A stretch of 64,000 nt of DNA from Chiloscyllium plagiosum (lineage: Eukaryota): contig NC_057719.1 in assembly GCF_004010195.1 (NCBI RefSeq), positions 63,427,378 to 63,491,377 of the forward strand, given 5' to 3'. Positions 37,944 through 49,598 of this stretch are shown piece after piece. The notes beneath the pieces are model-generated. The model searched no databases. It saw nothing but the letters and a program-made list of their open reading frames with translations, and was not told where the DNA came from. The position numbers and the translations under genes are program-made. Position 1 is the stretch's first letter. Each line of letters opens with the position of its first letter.

Positions 37944-39291
37944 GAGAACTCCCCTTTTTATGTTGTAATATCGCAGTCAAAACTCCTTAAAATGTTGCAC
38001 TGCTTTTGAGTTGAAGCTAGCATATATTAGTGCACTAATTTCTACCTCTTGAAAAGTCTCTTTGGCCCTGGAAAGTTAATTTTATACTGATGGTAACGTC
38101 ATTGTTTTGATATAAAAAGGCTTATTATTTCCTTTGACATTTTCTTTGACATTTTAACTTATAATGAGTATGTCTCAATCTGTATTTTGTTCCCTGTAAA
38201 TGAAAAGAGAGTACTCCTTACATTTTAATTCCTCATTTACTGTCTGCAAGAATTCATTAATGTGATTGATTGCCTACCTTGCTTGATGACATCAATGTTG
38301 CTAGTTGCCTGGAGATCCCTTAACTTGGTACCAGAAGCAAATTTACATTTGGATCATTGACGTCCACGGCACAGAGATTGCTAGACATTCTTGAGCAGCT
38401 TTCTTTGAGATCAGCAGTAAGCGTTAACATTTTGCTGCTGACCAAAAAGTGCACTTCATGATCTGAGACTGGTATCTTTGTCAGCATTAGTAGTTCTCGC
38501 TAAGGAGAAACTGTTTACTTCATCTTTCTACTGTAAATCATTACTTTTTACATTCATTCTTCTAGTTATTCAAGCAGTGGTTAAATTAATTTCTTCATAT
38601 ATACCAGCACGTAAGATTACAAGATTTCATTACCCAATAAGCATTCAAAGGCTAAGATTAATAATTATGCACGAAAGTATTTGGCAGTAGTTATGCTTTG
38701 GCCTCCCTGAAGGCTTTATATTAGAGAGCTATTATTTGGTGTAGATTAACCTGGCAAAAGGAAGAGAAACAAAATAGCAACCTTGCAAAATATTCACTCA
38801 CTTGGTAAAAATGATGACTAATGGCATTTAAATTCTCAATCTCCACCCAATCTACCTCCAACCTGCCCAGTTTCAATTTTGATAGTGTGTGTTCAAGGAC
38901 AAGGTGATCGATTCTCTCTTAACCACTTGACCACTTATAGTAATTCAAGGAGGCAGGGTGGCACCATTACAACTCCTGTTTAGTGCATGGAAGCATGGAT
39001 TCCTGGAGGCAAGAAGAGCAGGATCCAGGAGGCAGGTGTCTTTATTGCACTGCTTGTGAGCTAGGAGGAACAGACTACTTGTCCCACCCCACAAACTTAA
39101 CTCCATATGACTAGTCAACACCATCTATCACCCCTTATTTGCCCCCATCCCCAACCATAATGTCAGACTTAGCTAGAATTGCTGTTCCTATCCTGACAAA
39201 AGATTTTTAAAAAATCAGCAGATGCTGGAATCCCATGTAGACAGGCAGGAGGCTGGAAGAACACAGCAAGCCAGTCATCATCAGGAGGTGG

Positions 39292-39446
39292 CTGAAAATG
39301 TGTTGCTGGAAAACCTATCACTTCTTCAGGAAGGGCTTATGCCCAAAACGTCGATTCTCCTGTTCCCTGGATGCTGCCTGACCTGCTGCGCTTTTCCAGC
39401 AACACATTTTCAGCTCTGATCTCCAGTATCTGCAGACCTCACTTTC
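39292..39446 (+). mobile_element. PLE family B mini-element nested in another PLE terminus
   Basis: Inverted 5' piece ctgaaaatgtgttgctggaaaa / ttttccagcaacacattttcag; 17-bp direct repeat tcatcatcaggaggtgg at 39275 and 39447. Confidence 0.85.
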
Positions 39447-40657
39447 TCATCATCAGGAGGTGGAGAAGTTACCATTTTGGGTGTAACCCTTCTTCAGGAC
39501 TGGGGTTGGGTGCAGGGGAGCTGCAGATAAAGAGGGTGGCAGGGGCAGGATGGTGAAGTGGGGATAGGTGAAGGCAGGCAGAGAGTATGACCTGGTTGGT
39601 CAATGGGAGGAATGAATCCAGTAGATGGTTGGGAAGAGTGGAAGGAAGGGCGAGGGGCTGGGAAGAGAGTTGGGGGATGGGATGGGAGGTTATTTGAAAT
39701 TGGAGAACTCAATGTTGAGTCCTCTGGGCTGTAGGCTGCCCAGATGGAAAATCAGGTGTTGTTCTACCAATTTGCTTTTGGTTCTTCCCATTTCCTGCAA
39801 ATCCAGGGGGTGGCCATGTGCGCCCGGACGGGCCCCAGCTACTCCTGCCCCTTTGCTCGCTATGTCAAACAGTCCCCCTTCAGTACCTACACAGGCCAAC
39901 TCTTCTGCCATTACATCAACGACTGCATCGGTGCAGCGTCCTGCACACAGGCTGAACTGAATCAGTTTATTGACTTTGCCCACAACTTCCACCCCACCCT
40001 CAAGTTCACTTGGTCCATCTCAGACACTTCCCTCCGCATTCTTGACTTCTCCATTTCCATCTCCAGCAACAGTCTCCAGTCAGACATTTACTACAAACCT
40101 ACAGACTCCCATAACTACCTGGATTACACCTCCTCCCGCCCTGTAACCTGAAAGAACTCCATCCTATTCTCCTAATTCCTTCACCTCTGCCGCACCTGCT
40201 CCAAAGTGGAGACATTCCACTCCCAAGCATCCCAGATGTCCACCTATTTTCCTCCATCTTGCCCAACCAGCCCTACACCGCAACACCTCCACTCCCTGTT
40301 CCACTGTTCTAAACCAACCCCCTCCAAATGCAAGAAAGACAGAGTCCCCCTTGTCTTCACCTACTACCCCACCAGTTTCCACATCCAATGCATCATCCTT
40401 AAACACTTCCACCAACTCCAACTAGACCACATCACCAAGAACATCTTCCCCTCCCCACCTCTCTCTGTCTTCTGCAATGACCGTTCCCTTCAACAATCCT
40501 TGGTTTGCACCACTTTCCCCATCAACCCCCTCGAACCGCAATGTACTTTGCACTGCAACTCGAAAAGATACAAAATCTGCTGGTACACCACCCCCCTCAC
40601 CTCCATTCGGGGCCACAAACAGGCCTTCCAGGTGAGACAGAGGTTCACCTGTCTCAT

Positions 40658-40960
40658 CCAGATTCGGGTGTGTCGTGCTGAAAAAGACCAGGTCAGGCAG
40701 CATCTGAGGACCAGGAGAATTGATGTTTCAGGCATAAGCCCTTCATCATGCCCGAAATGTCAATTCTCCTGCTCCTTGGATGCTGCCTGATCTGCTGTGC
40801 TTTTCCAGCACTACAGTCTCGCCTCTGATCTCCCATCTGCAGTCCTCACTTTCTCCTGCCTCTCTTCTAATGAAGGGCTTTTGCCCGAAATGTCGATTTT
40901 ACTGCTCCTCGGATGCTGCCTGAACTGCTGTACTCTTCCAGCGTCCCTAATCCAGAATCT
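40658..40960. mobile_element. Two family B terminal mini-elements (one fold-back) interrupting the PLE GIY-YIG region
   Basis: Arms ..gtttcaggcataagcccttcatc | atgcccgaaatgtcaattctcctg.., then a second copy ctaatgaagggcttttgcccgaaatgtcga. Confidence 0.8.
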
Positions 40961-41919
40961 CTTCCAACCTAATTTACTGCATCAAGTGCTCACTATGTGG
41001 TCTTCTCTATGTTGGGGAGACCAAACGTCAACTTAGGAAATGGTTCACCGAGCATCTAAGCCGGGCCAACAGGGACTCACCAGACCTCCCAGTCACCGCC
41101 CTTGTTAATTCCCCCTCCCACTCCCTTTCCAACATGACCATCCTTGGCCTCCTTCATTGCCACAACATTCCTATCCTGACAGGCAGAGACAGTCTCTCAG
41201 TCTGGCTGGCTGTCCAGCACAAAACCTGTTATGATTTTAAAAATTATGTCCTCTTGCTAAATCTGTCAGAACTTGCAGGGTGCCTTCAGACTTCTCATCC
41301 AGAAGACCTTCCTTGGCCATCTTTCTGGCTGTGGAATAGATATTAAGGCTTTGGTTTTTGCAAGGTTGGGCTGATGTCTATCAATTTAAAATTGTCTTTT
41401 GACTAAGCAAGTGAAATGGCCACTTGGTGGTAGTTTGTGAACAGTCTCCCAAGTTTGAACAAAAGCTGTGAGGCTTCCCTGCCGCCTAACCCCAAATGTC
41501 ATCACCATTCCATCCATATGTCTTTATACTGATAGTAGCTACATTACACTTTTTTTTCTGATAGTAGTCCACATGTATTTGTTCACATAATTGTTATTAA
41601 AGAATATTAATTAAGTGGAGAAAGACTGCAGAAACCTATGGAATAGGAGGTATTTGGCATCCCTGATCTATGAATCACAAAAAGCTAGCATCTAAGTTCA
41701 GCAGGTAATAGGGAAGGCAAATGAAACGTTAGCCTTTTATTTCAAGAGGAATGAAAGTAGGGTGGTTTTGCTAAAACTGTACAAGGGACTAGTCAAACCA
41801 AACCTGTTATACTGTAAACATTTCTGGGCCCCTTTTCTACGGAAAGATATGCTGGCATTGGAGGCAGTCCAGAGAAATTTCTAAACTGATCCCTGAACCC
41901 AATTTCTAAACTTATCCCT

Positions 41920-42004
41920 AGCTACCTGATGAAGGAGCAGTGCTCTGAAAACTTGTACTTGCAAATAAACCTCTTGGTCTATAACCTGGTGTCATGTGAT
42001 TTTT
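41920..42004 (+). mobile_element. PLE family A terminal fragment with decayed hammerhead
   Basis: tac CTGATGA A GGAGC agt GCTCT GAAA ac tt gta..aataaacc..ctataacctggtgt..gtgattttta. Confidence 0.8.
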
Positions 42005-42193
42005 ATCCAGCTATGGAGGGATGAATTATGAGGAGAGATTGAGTAGATTAAATTCATACGGAAGAATGAGAGGCAACCTTATTGAAACATACAAGATTCT
42101 TGGGGGACCTAACAGCGTAAATGTGGAAAGGTTGTTTCTCCTTGTGGGAGAGTCTAAAACTACATGCAATAATAAGGGTTTGTATGTTTATGA

Positions 42194-42327
42194 TGAAGGT
42201 TCCTGATGAAGGGCTTATGCCCGAAATGTCAATTCTCCTGCTCCTCGGATGCTGACTGACCGGCTATGCTTGTCTAGCACCACACTCTCAACTCTGGTCT
42301 CCAGCCTCTGCAGTCCTCACTTTCTCC
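42194..42327 (+). mobile_element. PLE family B terminal repeat with hammerhead (42200-42234)
   Basis: ttc CTGATGA A GGGC ttat GCCC GAAA TG TC aatt; imperfect flanking repeat ttgtatgtttatga / ttgtgtatttatga. Confidence 0.82.
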
Positions 42328-43044
42328 TTGTGTATTTATGACACAGACGAGGAGCAATCCCTTTTCTCAAAGGGTAGTGAATCTATGGATTTTTTTTATT
42401 GCAGAGAGCTGCCCAGGCTGGGTTATTAAATATAATCAAAGCTAATCAGTAATGGATTCAATGCTTATGGGAAAAGGAGGAAAGTGGAGTTGAGTGTTAT
42501 TGGATTGGCCACGATCTCATTGAATGTGAGTTTGACTTTAGATTTATCGAATGGGTTGACCGTGGGTTTGTGACAGCCAAGTCTAGTTTAACTGTTGATC
42601 AACAATATCCCTACTCATTTCCAGTCAACCCTGCTGAGGTCATTGATCAAGATGTGGTCCTTCATGGCTTTCTATGAGTAGATAATCTTTTGGGAGATAT
42701 TTCTTGTTTTATTAAGCGGCTTGTTGTTTTCTGAAAAGTTGATTCATAAAATCTGATAGTCCAAAGGAAGACTGCACGGCACAAATGCTTAAAAGCTATA
42801 ATTTCACATCTAGTTGGAAGTAATATGTAGGACTACATAAGTGTTTAGTTTTGCACCTAAGTGTTTTTGTCTTAACAAAGATAGGCACTGAGATAGTTGA
42901 CTATTGCACGGAGCGTTTTTTGCGACAAAGTAACTTAAGGAAATTAAAGAGGTAAGGATGAATGATATGGAGATGTAGTTTAGGTTGAAGTTTTGAACTT
43001 TACATGACTATCTTAGTAATATGAACCGTATACTCCAGTCAACT

Positions 43045-43621
43045 CCATCTTCCGATTGTCAGCCATTTCAACTCCCCTTACCACTCCTCTGATTCCATCC
43101 TGGGCCTTCTCCACCATCAAAAAACTGGAGGAAGAACATCTCAGTTTCTGCCTCAGGAGCTTACAACCATATGGTCTTAACATAGAATTGACCAGCTTCC
43201 AAATCTGCTAGGCAAAAGTGAGGACTGCAGATTCTGGAAACCAGAATTTAAGTCAAAGTGGTGCTCTGATCAGAGCACCACTCTGATCTAAACTCCAGCT
43301 TCCAAATATCCCCACCCCTCCCCCTCCTCATCCCAAGTACAGCCCTTCCTCTCCACCCCAACCCCTTGACCTGACCCAACTTTTCCCACCTATCCGCTAG
43401 ACCATTCCCACTGACCAATTACAATTATCTTCAACCTGCATCCACCTATTGCCATCCCACCTACGTTTTGCCCATTCCAACCCACTTCCCTCTATTTATT
43501 TCTCAGCCCCTTCCCCCTCCCCAGTCCTGATGAAAGGTCCTGATGTGAACCATCGACTCCCCTGCTTCTCAGATTCTGCTTGACCTGCTGTGCTTTTTCC
43601 AGCTCCACACTTTATTGACTC
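43045..43621 (+). mobile_element. Degenerate PLE 3' part (GIY-YIG C-terminus, C-rich UTR, decayed hammerhead)
   Basis: 'KLEEEHLSFCLRSLQPYGLNIELTSFQ'; cctgatgaaagg at ~43526; nested insert at 43205-43294. Confidence 0.8.
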
Positions 43622-45321
43622 AGTAGAAATTATACAACATGCTCCATGAAATATAAAAGTGGTAGTTTTCATGCTACTTCGGATTGTACTGATTGTACTT
43701 GGTGCATTTTCATTAAGAAGCAGAGAAACCAGACCAAGACTGGTGTGAGCAAATGGTAACTAGCACATGGAAATTGTTGCTTTGAAGTTTGGCTTGAAAG
43801 AAAGTGTACCTAACAATCCATCTTGTATCTAATCTTTGGTTTGACAGATTTTGATATCAGATGAGAATGTGCTAGGAATGGAGAACAATCAATTTTTGAC
43901 CAAGTTGCTGAGTATGAGAGATCACCTCTGCTTCTTCCCACAAGTAATTACTTTCTATAAGCTAAATTAATCCTGACCTGCTATCGTGTTCATGACTTTC
44001 ACAGTGTAGTAGATTTTGGGAAACTATTAACTTTCTTCATGAACCCTATTGTTGATTTAAGTGCTCAGTTATTGGGAGGTATTGCTGCAATTTCATTTGT
44101 AGAGTTTCAGGTCTTTGCCTGTAATTTTTGCAGGGCATACCCACTTTCAGTATGAAGGGGATATATAACCAAGATTTACACAGTTAATTGTGTTGGCGAT
44201 GTTATATTTGCTGTGAAAACTATCCATCCCTGGCGATTGAACTTGACACACAAAATAGATCAAAACTGTATTAGTTTGAAGTGTAATTTCTTTATCCATG
44301 GAAAGTCTTTATTTGATTTGGCAGAATTTTGAGTCCAGAATACTGTTTCATCCATTTCACTCTGAACTCTGTTAAATCCCTAAGTGATTAAATGATGACA
44401 TTTAGGATATTGAGTTGACAGTGTATCCAAGCCTGATAATGGGAAGGAACTGAATTAATATTGATGTAAATACTGAATCATATCAGATTTAACACCTTTA
44501 TCTCTACTAATGGTGATAATTCAGCTTTCTCTCACTATCAGCTTCTTCAGGGTAGTGGTCTAATGATTTCAATGAAAAGCAGTCACAAAATATTCACAGA
44601 AAACTGAAATAATCTATTGACGATTCTCTAACAGTTAGATTTTGGTATCAATCTAACCTTTACAGTGAGATCATTTTCTAAAAATTGCTTAGTAACACAG
44701 AACTTGTATACGCTGGAGAGACAGATTTCTGAAGTTTCTTGAGACATATTTCTTGCACATCAGACAAACCAAAGAGTGCCAAATCTCAAACAATGGCAAC
44801 AGTGTATATTAGAAGAGAAAGGGGTGATAATTAACTGCCAAGTTGAGTGGCTGAGGTGCTGTCATGGAAAATCAATGATGAGCAATAGTCTTCTCAAGCT
44901 TGCTGGTCCTTGATGCTGCCTGACCTCCTGTGCTTTCCCAGCATCACACTTTTCAGTTCAAAAAAGTTGCAAAGTTTAAATATTTCCTTTTGTTTGCAGA
45001 TCATGGACACTTCATTGAAATGTATAAACCCTTTCTCAAGTGTAATTGATCTAAGTTAAGAGCTTGACTGATTATCTTAAATTGATTGTTAATGTAGATA
45101 TTAGCACACTTAGTATTGTTCAGTATGTGCTACCAATTGCAGAAGGATATTGACACATATTTTGGTTTGGGTTCGACAAGTAAAGGCTAAGACCTGAAAT
45201 TCTTACAAATGAAATTGCAGCCATACCTCCCAATAACTGAGCACTTAAATCAACAATAGGGTTTGTGAAGAATGTTAATAGTTTCCCACCATCTACTAAC
45301 TGTACTTGCCTATTTCAAACA

Positions 45322-45412
45322 ACTAAAGAACAGGGTTATACCTGAAACATTGACTTCTCCGTGTCCTGACGCTGCTTGGCCTGCTGTGTTCTTATAGCTT
45401 TCTACTTGTCTA
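45322..45412 (+). mobile_element. Old PLE terminal fragment
   Basis: gggttatacctgaaacattgacttctcc..cctgacgctgcttggcctgctgtgttct resembles the reverse complement of the 39215-39500 terminus. Confidence 0.55.
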
Positions 45413-46068
45413 AATTGATTCGATCAGCAAGTTGTTAGTATGTTTAGCTGCACACTTAGCATCACAATGGCATTGAAATTCACTTGTTACTGCTGATTCC
45501 TGTGTTCTTCATGTTCATGTGCTATTTCATTGAATTGAAGAATGGGTAAGTGATCTTCTGGAGTTTAAGAGTGCTCATCGGATGGTATTTACAATATGTG
45601 CATTTGTGGCTTGGGATGATTTAGTCTCCAATTTTCCTTCCCTACAAATGTGAATACAGCTTCTAGACAATTCATAATATCTCTCTTCGGTACCAGTCAA
45701 GGTTCAGCAGCTTACCATTCATAAGGAAGTAGAAATGTTAAGCTTTACTAACCTGCATGGTGAGGTTTCCTAATAGAACATAGAACATTACAGTGCAGTG
45801 CAGGCCATTCGACCCTCCATGTTGCCAATCTGGAGCCCATCTAACCTACACTATTCCATTTTTATCCATATGTCTATCCAATGACCATTTAAATGCCCTT
45901 AAAGTTGGTGAGTCTACAACTGTTGCAGGTAGTGTGTTCCATCCCCCCTACTACTCTGAGTAAAGAAACTACCTCTGACATCTGTCCTACATCTATCCTC
46001 AATTTGAAGATATGCCCCCTTGTGCTAGCCATCACCGTCCAAGGAAAATGGCTCTCATTGTCCACCTG

Positions 46069-47945
46069 ATAAGACCATAAGACATAGGAGCGGAAGTAAG
46101 GCCATTCGGCCCATCGAATCCACTCCGCCATTCAATCATGGCTGATGGGCATTTCAACTCCACTTACCCGCATTCTCCCCGTAGCCCTTAATTCCTTGTG
46201 ACATCAAGAATTTATCAATTTCTGCCTTGAAGGCATTTAGCATCCCAGCCTCCGCTGTACTTTGCGGCAATGAATTCCACAGGCCCACCACTCTCTGGCT
46301 GAAGAAATGTCTCCGCATTTCTGTTCTGAATTTACCCCCTCTAATTCTAAAGCTGTGTCCACGGGTCCTAGTCTCCTCGCCTAACAGAAACAATTTCCTC
46401 GCGTCCACCCTCTCCAAGCCATGTATTATCTTGTAAGTTTCTATTAGATCGCCCCTTAATCTTCTAAACTCCAATGAATACAATCCCAGGATCCTCAGCT
46501 GTTCCTCATATGTTAGACCTACCATTCCAGTGCCAGTATGTCCTTCCTGAGGTGTGGGGACCAAAACTGGACACAGTACTCCAAATGGGGCCTAACCAGA
46601 GCTTTATAAAGTCTCAGTAGCACAACGATGCTTTTATATTCCAATTCTCTTGAGATAATTGACAACATTGCATTTGCTTTCTTAATCACGGACTCAACCT
46701 GCATGTTTTCCTTTAGAGAATCCTCAACTAGCACTCCAAGATCCCGCTGTACTTTGGCTTTACGAATTTTCTCACCGTTTAGAAAGTAGTCCATGCTTGT
46801 ATTCTTTTTTCCAAAGTGCAAGACCTCGCATTTGTTCACATTGAATTCCATCAACCATTTCCTGGACCACTCCTCCAAACTGTCTAGATCCTTCTGCAGC
46901 CTCCCCACTTCCTCAGTACTACCTGATTGTCCACCTAACTTCGTATCATCGGCAAACTTCGCTAGAATGCCCCCAGTCCCTTCATCCAGATCACTTATAT
47001 ATAATGTGAACAGCTGCGGCCCCAACACTGAACACTGCGGGACACCGCTTGTCACCGGCTGCCATTCCGAAAAAGAACCTTTTATCCCAACTCTCTGCCT
47101 TCTGTCAGACAGCCAATCCTCAATCCATACCAGTAGCTCACCTCAAACACCATGGGCCCTCACCTTGCTCAGCAGCCTCCCATGTGACACCTTATCAAAG
47201 ACCTTTTGGAAGTCTAGNNNNNNNNNNNNNNNNNNNNNNNNNNNNNNNNNNNNNNNNNNNNNNNNNNNNNNNNNNNNNNNNNNNNNNNNNNNNNNNNNNN
47301 NNNNNNNNNNNNNNNNNNNNNNNNNNNNNNNNNNNNNNNNNNNNNNNNNNNNNNNNNNNNNNNNNNNNNNNNNNNNNNNNNNNNNNNNNNNNNNNNNNNN
47401 NNNNNNNNNNNNNNNNNNNNNNNNNNNNNNNNNNNNNNNNNNNNNNNNNNNNNNNNNNNNNNNNNNNNNNNNNNNNNNNNNNNNNNNNNNNNNNNNNNNN
47501 NNNNNNNNNNNNNNNNNNNNNNNNNNNNNNNNNNNNNNNNNNNNNNNNNNNNNNNNNNNNNNNNNNNNTTTCTGTCTTTGTTATCCTCTGTTTGGTTTTG
47601 TAGCCTTCCCAATCTTCTGATTTCCCAGTGCTCTTGGCCACTTTATAAGATCTCTCTTTTTCTTTGATAGATTTCCTGACTTCCTTTGTCAGCCATAGCT
47701 GTCTAATCCCTTCCCGGATAATCTTTCTCTTCTTAGGGATGAAGCTCTGTACAGTGTCCTCAATTTTACCCACAAACTCCTGCCATTTTTGCTCTACTGT
47801 CTTCCCTGCTAGGCTCTGCTTCCAGTCTATTTTCGTCAGTTCCTCTCTCATGCCCTCATAATTACCTTTATTTAACTGTAACACCATTACATCCGATTTT
47901 GCCTTCTCTCTTTCAAACTGCAGACTGAACTCTACCATATGATGT
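46069..47945 (-). mobile_element. Young CR1 (gap 47218-47568) nested in the 3' end of another CR1
   Basis: ORFs 46154..47938; 3' end near-identical to 29249-29702. Confidence 0.95.
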
Positions 47946-49384
47946 TCTCCTGCTATTTCCTGCTATCTAATTTTCTGATCATCTTATATGTCTCAATTAA
48001 GTCACCTCTCACCCTTTTTCTATCTAATGAAAACAGCCTCAAGTCCCTAAGCCTTTCCTCATAAGAACTTCCCTCCATACCAGGCAACATCCCAGTAAAT
48101 CTCTTCTGAAGCCTTTCCAAAACTTCCACATCCTTCCTATATTGCAGTGACCAGAACTGTACACAGTACTCCAAATGCAGCCGCACCAGAGTTTTATACA
48201 GCTGCAGCATGACCTCATCGTTCCGAAACGCAATCCCTCTAATAACACACTGTATTACTTAACAACCCAATCAACCTGGGTGGCAACTTTCAGGAATCTG
48301 TGTACATGGAGATTGAGATCCCTCTGCTCATCTATACTGCCAAGAATCTTAGCATTAGATTCTGCATTCCTGTTGCATCTTCCAAAGTGAATCATCTCAC
48401 ACTTTTCCGCATTCAACTCTATTTGCCACCTCTCAGCCCAACTCTGCAGCTTATCTATTTCCCTCTGTAACCTACAACATCATTCAGCACTATCCACAAC
48501 TCTACCGACCTTAGTGCCATCCGCAAATATACTAACTCATCCTTCTACAGCCTCATCCAGGTCGTTTATAAAAACGACAAACAGCAGTGGACCCAAAATA
48601 GATCCTTGTGGTACACCACTAGTAACCAACTCCGGATGAACATTTCCCATCAAGCACCACCCTCTATCTTCTTTCAGCTAGCCAATTTTTGATTCAAACC
48701 ACTAAATCACACTCAATCCCATGCCTCCATATTTTGTGCAATAGCCTACTGTGGGAAACTTTATCAAATGCTTTACTGAAATCCATATACACCCCATCAA
48801 CCGCTTTACCCTCATCCACCTGTTTGGTCACCTTCTAAAAGAGCTCAATAAGGTTTGTGAGGCACAACCTCACAAAACCATGTTGACTATCCCTAATCAA
48901 CGTATTCCTTTCTGGATGATTATAAATCCTATCCCTTATAACCTTTTCCAACACTTTACCCATAATTGAAGTAAGGTTCACTGGCCTGTAATTACCAGGG
49001 TTGTTTCTACTCCTCTTCTTGATCAAGGGCACAACATTTGCTATCCTTCAGTCTTCTGGCACTATTCCTGTAGACAATGACAACATAAAGATCAAAGCCA
49101 AAGGCTCAGCAACCTCCTCTCTGACTTCCCAGAGAATCCTAGGATAAATCCAATCCAGCCCAGGGGACCTAACTATTTTTACACTTACCAGAATTGCTAA
49201 CACCTCCTTTTTGTGAACCTCAATCCCTTCTAGTCTAGTAGTCTGTATCTCCGTATTCTCCTCGACAACATTGGCTTTTTCTAGTGTAAATACTGATGAA
49301 AAATATTCATTTAGTGCTTCCCGTATCTCCTCTGACTCCATGCACAACTTCCCACTACTATCCTTGATTGGCCCTAATCTTAGT

Positions 49385-49598
49385 TGAAAAATGTGGTGCT
49401 GGAAAAACACAGCAGGCCAGGCAGCATTCGAGAAGCAGGAGAATCGATGTTTCGGGCATAAGCCCTTCAGGAATGAGGGCTGATGCCCGAAACGTCGATT
49501 CTCCTACTCCGCGGGTGCTGCCTGGCCTGCTGTGTTTTTCCAGCACCACGTTTTTCAACTCTGGTACTCCAGCATCTGCAATCCTCACTTTCTCCTAC
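49385..49598. mobile_element. Fold-back PLE family B mini-element
   Basis: ~85-bp inverted arms; 17-bp direct repeat ttggccctaatcttagt at 49368-49384 and 49599-49615. Confidence 0.9.

Larger units (their letters stand above)
39199..41167. mobile_element. ~2-kb rearranged PLE: inverted 3' end (-, to ~39785) joined to RT plus GIY-YIG (+)
   Basis: ORF 39744..40151 'FLQIQGVAM..GPSY..YIND..FHPTLKFTW..YYKPTDSHNYLDYTSS' (PLE RT); 40962 onward 'SNLIYCIKCSLCGLLYVGETKR'; minus strand 'EQHLIFHLGSLQPRGLNIEF'; ttcctatcctgaca at 39185-39198 and 41168-41181. Confidence 0.92.
41610..42527 (+). mobile_element. Degenerate CR1 3' part with two PLE mini-insertions
   Basis: ORF 'MNYEERLSRL..MRGNLIETYKILGG'; CR1 3' UTR at 42480-42527. 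Confidence 0.85.

Noticed and set aside
43848..43943. 96-nt + strand open segment between AG and GT ('ILISDENVLGMENNQFLTKLLSMRDHLCFFPQ')
   Set aside because: Weak donor, unrecognised peptide, and the 3' part resembles a decayed DeuSINE segment
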